Source of the DNA: Parasitella parasitica NRRL 2501
Taxonomy: Eukaryota; Fungi; Mucoromycota
Length of the DNA stretch: 64,000 nucleotides
Assembly (NCBI GenBank): GCA_025201805.1
Contig: MU619266.1
Span: forward strand, 210,381-274,380
Direction: 5' to 3'
Shown piece after piece: positions 12,778 through 25,727 of the stretch. The notes under the pieces are model-generated. The model was not told the DNA's origin and searched no databases. It saw only the letters and a list, made by a program, of their open reading frames with translations. Every line of letters begins with the position of its first letter. The stretch's first letter is position 1. The position numbers and the translations under genes are program-made.

Positions 12778-15700
12778 ATGGTCAAGAAGGTAGTCGACTC
12801 TCGTGTGCATACACTCATCAAAAACTGTGTCCAAACCAAGCACAGATCTTTCTTTGTTGTTGTTGGTGACAGGGGAAAAGATCAGGTAACCACTCGAATG
12901 GGTTATTTTTGTCGACCCAAATCTAATGAATGATTTTTGATCTAGATTGTCAACCTTCATTGGCTTTTATCGCAAGCCCAAGTTACTTCTCGTCCATCTG
13001 TTTTATGGTGCTATAAAAAGGAGCTTGGTTTTACAAGGTAAGCAATTGAATTCACCATCCATGGAGCTCTGCTTGTGGGTTTTTTTTCTCTCTCTCTCTC
13101 TTTCTTTTCTGACAAGCTTATTATAGCCATCGCAAGAAGCGTGAAAACAAAATAAAAAATGACATCAAACGAGGTGTAAGAGATGTCAACAAAGAGGATC
13201 CGTTTGAACTGTTCATCACTGTGACAAATATTCGTTACGCTTACTACAAGGAAACCCAAAATATTCTCGGTAATACGTATGGCATGTGCGTTTTGCAGGA
13301 TTTTGAGGCCATCACACCCAACACTTTAGCTCGTACTATCGAAACCGTCGAAGGGGGAGGTATGGTTGTACTCTTATTGAAGAGTATGAACTCTCTTAAA
13401 CAACTCTATACCATGACCATGGTAAGTTTTCATACTATAGACAAGCTTTTTTTTTTTTTTTAATGCTGATGTTTGAATTGTGTGTGTGTGTGTGTGTTTT
13501 TTTGTACAGGATGTCCATTCCAGATACAGAACTGAAGCGCATAGTGATATCATTGCACGTTTCAATGAACGTTTCATACTGTCGCTCGGATCATGCGAGA
13601 CATGTTTAGTTGTAGATGATGAATTGAATGTGCTGCCTATCAGTGCAGGAAAAAACGTGAAGCCCTTGGCCATCAAGCAATCTGACGAGAAATCTGCCGA
13701 AGAAATCGAGCTTGCAGAGTTAAAGGATTCATTAACTGACACCGAGCCTGTCGGATCCCTTGTCAAATGTACTCGCACAATCGATCAGGCCAAGGCCGTC
13801 TTGACGTTCATCGAGGCCATATCCGAAAAATCCCTCCGTAGTACCGTTACATTGACAGCTTCTCGTGGTCGCGGTAAATCTGCTGCACTCGGTATTGCTA
13901 TGGCATCTGCAGTTGCCTATGGCTATTCCAACATTTTTGTTACCTCCCCCAGCCCAGAGAATTTGAAGACTCTGTTTGAGTTTGTGTTCAAGACTTTCGA
14001 TGCCCTTGGCTACGAAGAGCATTTGGATTATGATATTGTTCAGTCCACCAACCCTGAATTCAATAAGGCTATTGTTCGTGTGAATATCTTTAAGCAACAT
14101 CGCCAAACTATTCAGTATATCCAGCCCCAAGACGCCCATGTGCTTGGTCAGGCTGAACTGGTCGTTATCGATGAAGCTGCTGCTATTCCTTTACCTTTGG
14201 TTCGCAAACTGCTGGGCCCTTATCTTGTCTTTATGGCCTCCACCATTAACGGTTACGAAGGCACAGGTCGTTCGCTTTCTCTTAAACTGATTCAGCAATT
14301 GCGTGAGCAATCTCGTGGATTTGTTGGTAAGAATAGCAATGGCGATGCTGAGGGAGTCGTCGTAAATCGTGATCCCCAAGCCAAGAAGGTGGAGGGCACT
14401 GATGCCTCTCTGAGCGGGCGAACACTGAAGGAAGTCAAGCTCGAAGAACCCATTCGTTATGCTCCTAATGATCCTGTTGAAAAGTGGTTAAACAAGGTGC
14501 TCTGTCTAGATGCCACTGTTGTCTCCAAGAACATTCAAGGCTGTCCTCACCCTTCAGAATGCGAGCTCTACTATGTCAACCGCGATACACTCTTTTCTTA
14601 CCATCCTGTTTCCGAGACATTCTTGCAGCGTATGATGTCTCTTTACGTTGCTAGTCATTATAAGAACTCGCCCAATGATCTGCAGCTGATGAGTGATGCT
14701 CCTGCTCACCACTTGTTTGTTTTGCTTCCTCCCGTGGGCGCCAATACCAGCAGTTTGCCCGATCCTTTGGTTGTTGTGCAGGTGTGTCTTGAAGGTGAAA
14801 TCTCTCGCCAGAGCGTTGTCAACTCCCTCGCTCGTGGCCAGCGTCCCTCTGGTGATATGATCCCCTGGCTCATCTCTCAGCAGTATCAGGATGACGATTT
14901 TGCTAGTCTTTCTGGTGCGCGTGTTGTCCGTATTGCTACACATCCTGATTACGCCAAGATGGGTTACGGTTCTAGAGCGCTTGAACTGTTGACCGATTTC
15001 TATCAAGGAAAATCAAACGACCTAAGTGAAAGCAACAGCCCTGACGATGAGTCCCTTCCTCATGTCGAGGACTATGAGTTTGATAAAGTCGACATCAAGA
15101 CGGATCAAGTCAATGTGCGTGATCCTCGCAAGATGCCTCCTTTGCTTACCAAGTTGAGCGAAAAACGTGCACAGCGCCTTGACTACGTTGGTGTCTCGTA
15201 TGGTCTTACCCCTGCTCTTCACAAGTTTTGGAAGCGTGCTGGCTTTGTTCCTCTGTATATGCGCCAAACTGCTAACGACCTTACTGGCGAGCATACGTGT
15301 GTGATGATTAAGGCCCTGACAGACACTGAAGATTCCCGCGTTGCTAATGCGGCCTGGCTCGATGCTTTTGCTCGCGATTTCTGTAAGCGTTTCCTTAACC
15401 TCCTGTCTTATAGTTTCCGTGAGTTCACCGCTGTCAATGCTCTTAGCATCATTGATGCAGCCAAGAATGGTCAAGATAGCCAGGGAGAGGGTGGCCGCGA
15501 TCTCAACAAGAACTCGCTTAGCCTCTTCTTTACACCTTACGACTTGAAACGTCTGGACTCTTACTCTAACAACATGCTTGATTACCATGTTATCATTGAT
15601 ATGATTCCTACTATTGCAGAGCTCTACTTTAGAGGTGAGATGCCAGCCGATATCAAGCTTTCTGGTGTGCAGAGTGCTATTTTGCTCGGCGTTGGCCTTC

Positions 15701-16245
15701 AACGTAAATCCATTGATCAGCTTCAGAGCGAACTCTCTTTGGCTGGCAATCAAGTGCTTGCTCTCTTTGTCAAGATCATCAGAAAAATGTCCCAGTACTT
15801 TGCCAAGGTGGAGGCCAAGGCTCACGAGGAGGAGAAGCCAGTGGCGTCTGCTCCCAGCGCCGAAACGAGCCAAGAAGCTACCGGCAAGCGCGATGCCACT
15901 GATGACGATGCATGGAGACCTTTGAAGGAAAACATTGAGGCTGACTTGGAGAAAGCCGGCGATGAGGTAATGGACGAGCTGAAGGCCAAGCAAAGGGAAC
16001 TCATTGATTCTCTTGATTTAACCAAATACGCAATTGGCGGCAAAGAGGAAGACTGGACTTCTGCAGAAGATAGAGTCAAAGCACTTGCGTCAGGCAAGAA
16101 TGGTGCTTTAAGTTCTGTTGTGAGTATCAAGAATGAGAATTCGTCAAAAAAGAGAAAGACCGAAAGCGCAAAGCAAATGTCTGAAAAAGAAAAGAACCGT
16201 AGTAATGGCAAGATGAAGCTGTCAAAAAAGGCCAAGCGTTCATAG
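12778..16245 (+). CDS. KRE33: RNA cytidine acetyltransferase NAT10/Kre33
   Basis: MVKKVVDSRVHTLIKN start, ASRGRGKS P-loop, DEAAAIP, SHYKNSPNDL, RIATHP..GYGS GNAT motif. Confidence 0.97.
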
Positions 16246-16399
16246 ACTAACCCTCCCCCCCTCCCCCTTTTTTTTTATTTGTAATAAATTTTATATAGCA
16301 CATGCATACTCACTCGACATTCATTGATTTCATGGCGCAAGATGTGTATATAAATATACAATTGCTGTATTTTACACTACATGAATTGCACAACCTAAG

Positions 16400-17362
16400 T
16401 ATTTACTCGCTCAGGGTCTTTCCGTACTGGCTGTGGAAAAGGCCAAGTGCTTTTATCAGGACGACATGGAGCCTGACAATGATTAGTTTGCGTTTTCTGC
16501 CATGTACGAGGATGGTATTCATCCGGCATCAAGAATAGCACAACCAACACTTGGCTCAACACAAGAAATCCATGCTGAGGTATCGCAATTCAGTGGTTAC
16601 ATTTGCCATGAAGCGAGATAGGGACTCAAAATGCAGTGTATAGTACGACCCTCATGGAAAGATCGATGTTAATGTTGACCTTTCAAAGCATGATGGCGAG
16701 AATTTGGTGGAAAGTGTTGTGGGAAATGGCCAAAATACACGCTGCTGCTGGTGCTCGTTAAATCCACGTTTTGCAACATTCAATTGATTTTTTTTTTATT
16801 TTATTTTTTTTGGAATTTGCTACCAATGAAGAACCCTTTGTAGATATTCCAAGACTCTTGACATGGATTAACCATGTCCGCAGTCAGGGAGCATCGACAC
16901 CTTCCTCTGGCCATCAAATGGCTTCGTGGTAAGCGCTATATCATAACCCATCTTCGACACGCAACTCACGGTTTATTGTCGCATGTGTGGAATAGCCCAT
17001 AACTTTTTGCTACAAAACTAACTAGAGACACTTGGAATGTTGGCAATTTGCCCGTCGCAGATTCGTCTTTATATCCTTCTTCCTTGGGTGTCAACCCAAC
17101 GTTGACAACCTAAGCAATGGCAATTCATGCATCTCATCATATTGCAGCTTCTTTTGCTGGCCATCCAAATATTCCAGCAAAAACCTAACGTACTTGACAT
17201 GAATTCCTTTACAAAATATACTTCCTTGCAGTCATTGGGTCTTTGTAGAGCTTTTCCATGAGCCTGCAAAATCAACAAATTATAGCTGTTATGCGTTTAG
17301 AACGGATAACAGTATCAAACGACTCTATCTGAGAGAAGCTGGACGCCGTTGTCTAAGCTCAT
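16400..17362 (-). pseudogene. Unidentified decayed coding remnant
   Basis: Coding-like composition, ATG at 17362 (MSLDNGVQLLSDR) and intron-like tracts, but every frame is broken by stops. Confidence 0.25.
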
Positions 17363-17887
17363 TCTTCTCAACAAAGAAAAAGAGGAGCGAACCCCTCTCT
17401 TTGCTTGCTGGCGAGCAAAATGAATATCCCTTTTGTTTACTCATGAAGGAAAGTTGTTTTCATGTTTTGGGAAGCCATAAAAAAAACTAGATTACTCTCT
17501 GAAAAGTTATCGCATCTGTTTCTTTATTCACATGCGTATGCACAATTGGTTTTTAATTATCGTAAACTTGTATATAAAAAAGGATCTATGGCTACTACTA
17601 TTACGGCAGTACAAAAATGACTATTTCAAGCTTGCTCAAATGTAGGACTTGCTGATCAAACACTTGAGAAAATTGATTGCAATAATATCATAAAAGATTT
17701 TGCCAGAAACTTTTTGGGTCGTTTACTACCTGTTTCAAAGTCATCTGCTAATAACTTACTAATTCAAGTTACAAAGCAAAATGGGACGACCTGCAAATTA
17801 CACGAGCATTTGTCATCTTTGCAATGCATATAAATACTTGCGATTTTTTTTTTTTTTAATGAAAATTCCTAAAAACTTTCATCAACA

Positions 17888-19032
17888 ATGACCAGCCGCA
17901 TCCCAGTTACAATCATCACAGGGTTCTTGGGCTCTGGAAAAACAACACTCTTGAATCAAATCTTGGATGAAAACCATCAATCATCAAGTAACAAAAAACT
18001 TCGTATTGCTGTTATTGAGAACGAATTTGCAGCAGCTTTTGGTATTGAAAATGAGATATTACATCGAGATAAAATTGAAGACGTGCAGAACCTATACGAA
18101 TTTGGAATGTAGGTATACCAACTACATGTGCAATCTATTAGTCAAATTGTGCTAACAAAAATGATAATTAAAGGGGCTGTGTATGCTGCTCTTCAAGTGG
18201 TGAGTTGATTAATGCCCTTGTCGAGATTGCTATGCGTAATGAGCATGAACCAGAAGATAAACGTATTCAGCATGTTGTCTTGGAAACCACTGGGTTAGCG
18301 GATCCCACGCCAATTTTACAGCTTATTGCCCAAGGTGCAGATAGAAAGGGAACAGATGATATTGTTCAAAACTATTACATCGATGGCATTGTGACATTAT
18401 TAGACAGCAAGCATTTCCACCAAAACTTGGCATCGTTATCAACATCATCATCGTCTACTTACAAGAATGAGCTACTGGCCCAGATATTTACAACGGATTC
18501 AATCATCTTGAACAAAGTCGATTTACTGACAAACAAACAAGACGATATCGAGAGCATCATAAAATTCATACGTCAACACAATACAACTGCCAAAATTTTC
18601 ACTGCCTCATTCGCCAAGGTGCCGATTGCAGAAGCTATATTCAATTTAAGGCCTGACAGAAGCCCTCAGGATACTATTGGCATGATACAATCCCAAGCAA
18701 ACAAAGAAGCGCAAAAGAAACATGATCCCTCTATCGAACAGACAATGTTGCTTGCGCCTGGATTTGTGGATCTCTCAGGCGTACAAGATTTTATCAAAGA
18801 CACAACATCGAAAGGAAATATTTATAGAGTAAAGGGTGTGTTGGCATTGAAACAAAATCCTGACATCAAATTTGTCGTGCAAGGCGTCAACAACGACCAA
18901 TTAAGCATCACAGAGCACGGCCCATGGCTTCCTGAAGAAGTGCAGGAGAGTAGGATTACTCTGATCGGGAAAAATGTGATGGAACAGTGCAATCAGCTCG
19001 AACAAGAATTCAAAAAGCATTTATTAAAATAA
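17888..19032 (+). CDS. ZNG1: CobW/COG0523 G3E GTPase, zinc metallochaperone (2 exons)
   Basis: IPVTIITGFLGSGKTT, ENEF, GCVCCS across the intron, ETTGLADP, LNKVD, C-terminal YRVKG. Confidence 0.92.
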
Positions 19033-19037
19033 ACAAA

Positions 19038-20868
19038 TTATAATTCAAATCTCTCTTTTCTAATAGCCCACGAGTATTTCAGGCAGAGATTGTTTAATTT
19101 TACAATAGTGTCTTCATGAGCACAGACGCCTACAACAGTTGCATTATCTACTTGTTTTAATTCTTGAAATATATCGTTGTAATTAGGTCGACAGGACGCT
19201 TTAAACTTGATGCAGGTGAGATTACTGGGTATAGTGTAGTTCTCTTCAGGATCGGATAATCCTGTGATGAAGATCCTACAGTTGAAATCTATTTGCAATG
19301 AATCTGAAAAATGTTTGAACTCTTGTTCGAACGCATAAAATGTATCTGAATTTTTTTTTTAAAGCAATGCTTAGTATGGAAATATTATCTCCTAATGCAA
19401 AGTTACCTATAGAATGAATGCTCCAAATCAAATTGACTAATTGTGTTTTGATAGCATGCTGCTTTTGTTCTATGTATTGCAAGACAGATATCCAAGGCGT
19501 GATACCCATGCCTTCTGCAACCAATACTAGTGACTCAAAATCCCCAAACTCTGCTTCTAAGCTCGCTACGAATGGTCTACCTAGAGGTTTGCTGATGCGT
19601 GCTTTGATGGTTTTTGCCCCTGACTGAGCCAAATCGTACAATGGCTTAGTTTGATTTCCTGTCGCTTTGATGTAGAACGTAAAGTATTGACTATCCACAG
19701 GTCTAATGAGCGATTCCTCAACGGACACACCCGCCATATCTTCGTCTTGTTCATGCTCCTTTGAAGCATCGTTTCCATCTAACCTACAGATCGAAAATGG
19801 ATGTGCATTTATGGCGGCCGCCAATGGAGATGGCGATAGTGAAATGAAAGCAAACTGCCCTGGAATCAATCCGGCGCTGCCCACAGGGTATGGTATATTG
19901 CATTTTACTTTGATGATATCTCCAGGTAGGGCTTCTGCCATCAACATATCGGTTCTATAGGACTTGTCCAGTTGATCCATCACCCAAAATAAAAGCACTG
20001 CAACATAAAAGAGGTAAAACGACCAGTGGTGAAAACACCCGCACAATACCAATACTGCAAAAGCCGCTAAATGTGAGATGCGAAATAATCTGTACGAGAC
20101 GAGTCGAACAAGCGGGTGCGAACCAAACAATAGCAAAAACATGGCGCTCAACATCAATGTTCCTGTCGTATGTCGCACATTTGACGTGAACGTGGCTAGT
20201 ATGCTGCGTTCTTGTTTGCTGTAATTGTACTGAATCTGATAAGATGCATGATACAATACTTGACCGAAAGCTATGCGCCCAAACCAAACATGCCAGCGGA
20301 TTGTCTCGTTGATCTCGAAAAAGTGCCGTTGAATCAGCGATAATTTGGCTGATAGCAGTACAGAAAAAGCAATATTGGTTACTGCAAGTTGTGCAGCCCG
20401 ATTACTTTGCAACTGTATTTCCACGTGAGGGGTCTCGAACTCTCCATAGAGATCTTTCTCAGACGCTGTGGCATTGGCAGCACCAGACAGCATATACACA
20501 TTGAGAAAGATGACAGATGCTATCTTGAGTATATCGATCAAAGAAATGGTGATCCAGGAGAAAGGACGTCTTTCGTATCTAAGCAAACGCTGCCACCTAC
20601 TAATTTTCCACGACCAGGACAGACCTAGCAGTTTAGATCTCCTGTATCTTGCCTTTTGAATCCAAGAGCGAGCAAGCAGAGCTAGATTGCAAATGGTGAG
20701 GATAGCAATGTATTTTAGCAGGGTTGTATTGTCTCGTTGAAAATGCTGCTCCTCATCGACGGAAGGGGTTTGGTATATCGTAACAAGGGCAAGATATGAA
20801 TTTAACTGTAACAAGATGCCTGCAATAAACAGAGTAATCACACAATAGGCTAGTATCCTTTTGAACAT
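19038..20868 (-). CDS. Ferric/cupric reductase-like transmembrane oxidoreductase (FRE family), 2 exons
   Basis: TM helices with heme His pairs (RWH..YH; SH..FHH), PGQF, HPFSI FAD motif, and AEGMGITP plus C-terminal ERFEL NADPH motifs. Confidence 0.88.
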
Positions 20869-21403
20869 GACCGTAAAAGTGTTATCAGGGACATGTAAAT
20901 CCAAGATAAAGAGAAAAAGAAAAGAGAGTGAAAGTGAGAGAGTGAAATGAGAAGAAGGTTCAAAACTACTTTTTTGTTAATCGGGCAAAAGGTCAATGAT
21001 ACGGCCTGTTGCTGCTGTTCGACCATTTCTCCGCTAATTTATACATCACCCTTAGCCAAGCAAGTCAAGTAATTGATGTGGGGACTGATACGTAGTTTTT
21101 TTTTTGTATGAAATAGGGGACTGATACGTAGTGAGCCTATTACTCATGCAAGAGATATAATGTATGTCTATACACTGTAGATATAATTTCCAAGATAGTA
21201 TTATGCAAAAGTGATTATAATCGCTACGTAAGACATGCAAACTTGAACGCTGTTGGTTATACTATTACAGAAGGGAAAACTATGCTACAGCTGTTTATTT
21301 TTATCATGTACAATCAAAATAAAACAAGTGTCTCGAAAATGCTTTTGCAGGTATATATGGATAAAAGCACATCAAAGACGAATAAATAAATAATACAATG
21401 GAT

Positions 21404-23418
21404 TTAGCACATGGGCACGTTGACAGCTAAACCACCTTGGCTTGTCTCCTTGTATTTCGACATCATATCCAAGCCAGTTTGCCTCATGGTTTCGATCACT
21501 TGGTCCAGCGAGACTCGATGGTCTCCTTCGCCATTAAGAGCTAATTGTGCTGCAGCAATGGCCTTGACAGCAGCCAGTGCGTTTCTTTCGATACAGGGCA
21601 CTTGGACCAGTCCAGCGATAGGATCACAAGTCAGCCCCAGGTTGTGTTCCATACCAATCTCAGCAGCGTTCTCTACTTGTTCAATGGAACCGCCCATAAC
21701 TGCGGTAAAACCGGCAGCAGCCATCGAACATGCTACACCGACCTCGCCTTGGCAACCCACCTCAGCAGCTAACAAAAATTGAGTGCATGTTGAATCAGTA
21801 TTCTCGTTATGTTACATATGACATTTGAGAGACTCACCAGAGATGCTAGCACCGCGTTTAAACAGCATGCCAACTGCGGCTGTCGTTAACAAAAACTCCA
21901 TCACATCATTTTCTGGATTTTCAGAAATGAATTCTAAATAGTACTTTAACACCGATGGAATTGTACCCGCAGCGCCATTTGTAGGTGCAGTAACAACACG
22001 ACCGCCACAAGCATTCTCTTCGTTTACGGCAATAGCATAGACGGACAAATAGTCAAGTGCTGGTAAAAAGAACCTCTTGCGAGGACGCTTGGGCAACACT
22101 GTCAAGGATAGCGGCAGTTTCTCATCCGATGAAGCTTCTTCCAAGTCGTCTTGTTTAGCTTGGTTATCCGTCAGCTCGTTTGAGGGCATGCTGTTGGCAG
22201 AAGAGGCTTGTTTGGAAAGTGGTATTCTGGAATCGACGTATGTATTCTTATTTACAACAGGGCCATAGAGGCCTTTTAAGAGCTTATTGTACAACCCAGG
22301 TGCTCTTCGACGAACATTAAGGCCTCCTGGAAGATGTTCTGTTGAAATCACGTTAATAAACTCTTTGTTTTGGGGGGAGGTTTTAAAATTTCACTCTCTA
22401 GCTTTGTTTTTTTTACCTTTGCCGTTGGCCATAACACCGTTCTTGATACTGTCATCCATAGTGTTCCAGATTCTCAACAACTTTTCACGGATCTCCTCAG
22501 GGGTAGACCATTTGAGCTCGTTTTCAAAGACTACCTGTGCAATCGTCATGTTTTCGCGCCTGCAAACTTGAATCAGCTCTTCCGCGTTCTTGAAAGGCAA
22601 GGAAACTACAGCAATGTCTTGTTGGCTACGTTCAGCCATGTCACATTTAGTACTGTGGCCCGCTGTCATGCGTTCGCGTTTGTAGTATACATTTTCACCG
22701 TGATCCATCTGCGTAGCCTCGTTCACAACAAAACCGCCACCGATACTGAAATACTCGTTTGTTGCAATCATATTGGCGTCCGAGTCGTATGCGCAAAATC
22801 GAAGACCATTGGGATGCTGAGGTAGAGTTTTGAAATAGTTGAAAATCAAGTGTTTGTCTGGATTGAAATGAATTCTGTGTGTGCCATCCAAGTGAATGGA
22901 GTGGTTTGTGTGAATATCTTCTACGCGAGCTTTGATTGTAGATGTTTCTACTTGATCAGGCGTTTCTCCCTCAATGCCCATAAGGATAGCTTCTGGTGTG
23001 CCATGGCCCTTTCCAGTTAGAGCCAAAGATCCAAACATGTCTATGCAAAAATCGTAAATATTTCCAAATTCGGTAATACATCCGGGGCTACTTTACCAAC
23101 TCTCAACGTGTGCACTCTTTCAAGGATCCTATGGTCTTTGAGGTCGCTTACAAAGATCTTGGCCGCTCTCATAGGGCCTACAGTATGCGAAGAAGAAGGG
23201 CCTACACCAATAGAGAATAAATCAAATGTAGATACAACGGCATGATGATCTGCATGAGGATCAATGCCTGGCATTTCTGGCGCAAATTCAGTGGCGGCTG
23301 CCGCTGTGGATAAACATGACTTTTGTTGGTGGGTGGCGCCAATGATGACAGTACGGCGAATGATGGGTTGAGTTGTGTTTCTGATGAAAATGCTCGGAAT
23401 CGATCTTAAGCTATTCAT
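21404..23418 (-). CDS. [4Fe-4S]-dependent L-serine dehydratase (SdaA type, fused beta+alpha) with putative mitochondrial presequence, 4 exons
   Basis: [41 protein letters not shown], three cluster cysteines (GCQGE, LTCDP, VPCIERN), [11 protein letters not shown]. Confidence 0.95.
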
Positions 23419-25727
23419 TCAATAATAAAGTGTGTATTCTTTTTCGAGAGGAAGTGAAAGGGCAGAAGGGAGTTTTGTGGTCTTTATTTATAACAAAACC
23501 TTTTTGAATTATATAGTAATTTTTATACCTCTTTGACAAACAATAAGTATTTTTGCACAATACATAAATTAATGAATTCACACGATAGACTTATCTACCA
23601 ATCAAGTCAGGGTTTAAATACTAAACCTAATGGGCATATTGTTGTGCCACTGATATCTTGGACATCAAAATTACATTAGAAAAGGCCAATAATTTCTATA
23701 TGCTAAATGCCTATGTTATAGTATGTGTGTTTTAATTGCACAACAATTATCAATATCTATAATAACACAACAAAAGCCATTGTTTACTTGTATTTTCAGA
23801 GACACTGCATCTGTGATATCAAATAGTGCCAAGATGTAATAAATCACTTGAGATCAGTAGAGCATAGGGCTTACTAAAAATTAATTTCTGATGATAATTT
23901 GGAGTTATTCATATCTCCAAAACTAACAATGGCATACAGTGCAATTATATATAGAGAATATTACCAGTATATCAAAGATTATTGCTCGCAACATTATTTC
24001 CCATCATCGAGGATTTTTTTTTTTTTACAAATTTTCCCCGAGCAAACATCAACATGGAGGATATTCTGATTCAAGTACTTTTTGTCTTTAGATTGTCTTG
24101 TTTTTTTCGCACCAAAGTTGTCAGAAAATACAATATCAAACGTGCGTTTTTACAAAACTATAATGGTCGTCTAGATAATGTGCAACTTATTTTGTCAAGT
24201 AATTCTTGTTTCCTTTAGTATTTTCTGATTGTTAAAACCAATTCAAAATGCCAAGTGGAGCAACTCGTGTAGATTGCGAATCTCGAGGATTAAATCACAT
24301 TGCTGCGTGTTAATGATAATGGCATTGTTCATACCAAAGCGCTTGAACTATTTGATAAAGTTATTTGACTAAAAATTAGTTTTTGTAAGAAGAACAATAT
24401 ATTTTGCATACTACATTTAAACATCTTCTTTTATACTAATTCAAGATCCACGAATGTTACTCAGGGCAGAATAAGAATCATTTCGCACAACATACACATA
24501 AGTATAACTCATGTTGCCTGGATTTACGCATTCAGTAAAAAGAGTTCGAAATTAAATTTAATCTAGCAAAGGTTTCTTTTGATTCAACATCGCTATCTGC
24601 TGCCAGTCGATAGTGTTAACCATCGTTCATATTTTTAGTCAAAGTGCTCTATTCAGTATACGTTTTGTATTAGGGCTACTTCATCAAAATCGGAATGCTT
24701 GCTCTCATTTTCAATGTGCGGTAGATCGCGAGGATTGTATCGTCGTAATGAAACTTATATAGTACTTCTGCTGAATATAGTTGGTAAACATGCCCATCAA
24801 GAGGACACGATTTGCAACTTAATAGCTGATTTCAATGCACGGCTTATTTTTTGTATCATTGATATCAGTCCATGTTGAACTTGTGCTCATTGAGGATTAT
24901 ATAGCCTAGACAAATCTAACCTTGATTGTCAATTGTCCTTTACTGTTTATTCTGTGAAGTTTGACTTTTGAGCTAAGCACACTCTGTTTCGATTATAGAA
25001 TTATGTCTCTAGTCAGTTATCGGCGGAATAAGAGGTGTGGCCAAAGCATTGGAACTTGACCTATTAATAAGGTAAAGTTGGCATTTAGTTTGCAGCGTAC
25101 AAGTTCTGATCTAGGTGACTCAAACAAGGAGGCGATTTTGATATGAAAAGAAGTACTGTTAAATGAAGCCTGAGAAGTCATAGCTATCAATGTATATTCC
25201 ATTCTCATTTTTAATCGAAGGAAATGAACAATAAAGTGCATACTTGCATAAGGTATCCGGTTAGTGCTAGGTCTCAATGTTGGAGATAAACATCCAGCTC
25301 GAGATGGCTCAAGTGTCATACAAAGTAAATGGCGTTTTCAGGAGACAAATAATAATCCGAGGCAGAAAAGACAATTACTTTATTGTAAAAAAAAAAAAAA
25401 AAAAAAAGATGTTGAATTGGGATCCTTGATATCTTGAATACATGCGCCAAAAGGCATTTTCAATTTGTACTGGAGGGTTGCTATTTTTCCGTGGATTCTA
25501 ATCCTAATTATCTCTTGTATCACTGATGATTTTTAAGGAGAAAAGTAGGTTTAGGAAGACTGGGTTTTTGTATTGGAACTTGCCAATAACAGATCTTGGT
25601 CCAACGTCTAAAATCACTAATTAAGAGGAGTAAAAGCCAAAATACAAGTTTATCCTTTCATCTTTTTTTGTGGCAAAACTAAATTACAACATTTCCTTTC
25701 CTCTTTCATTTCCCAACACATCCTATA

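Noticed and set aside
15022-15993. 323-aa antisense ORF, and similar shadow ORFs over other genes
   Set aside because: Lies opposite the codon-biased KRE33 CDS, with no independent motifs.
24200-25350. Possible decayed F-box/LRR-like gene
   Set aside because: Too many stops and no supportable motif.
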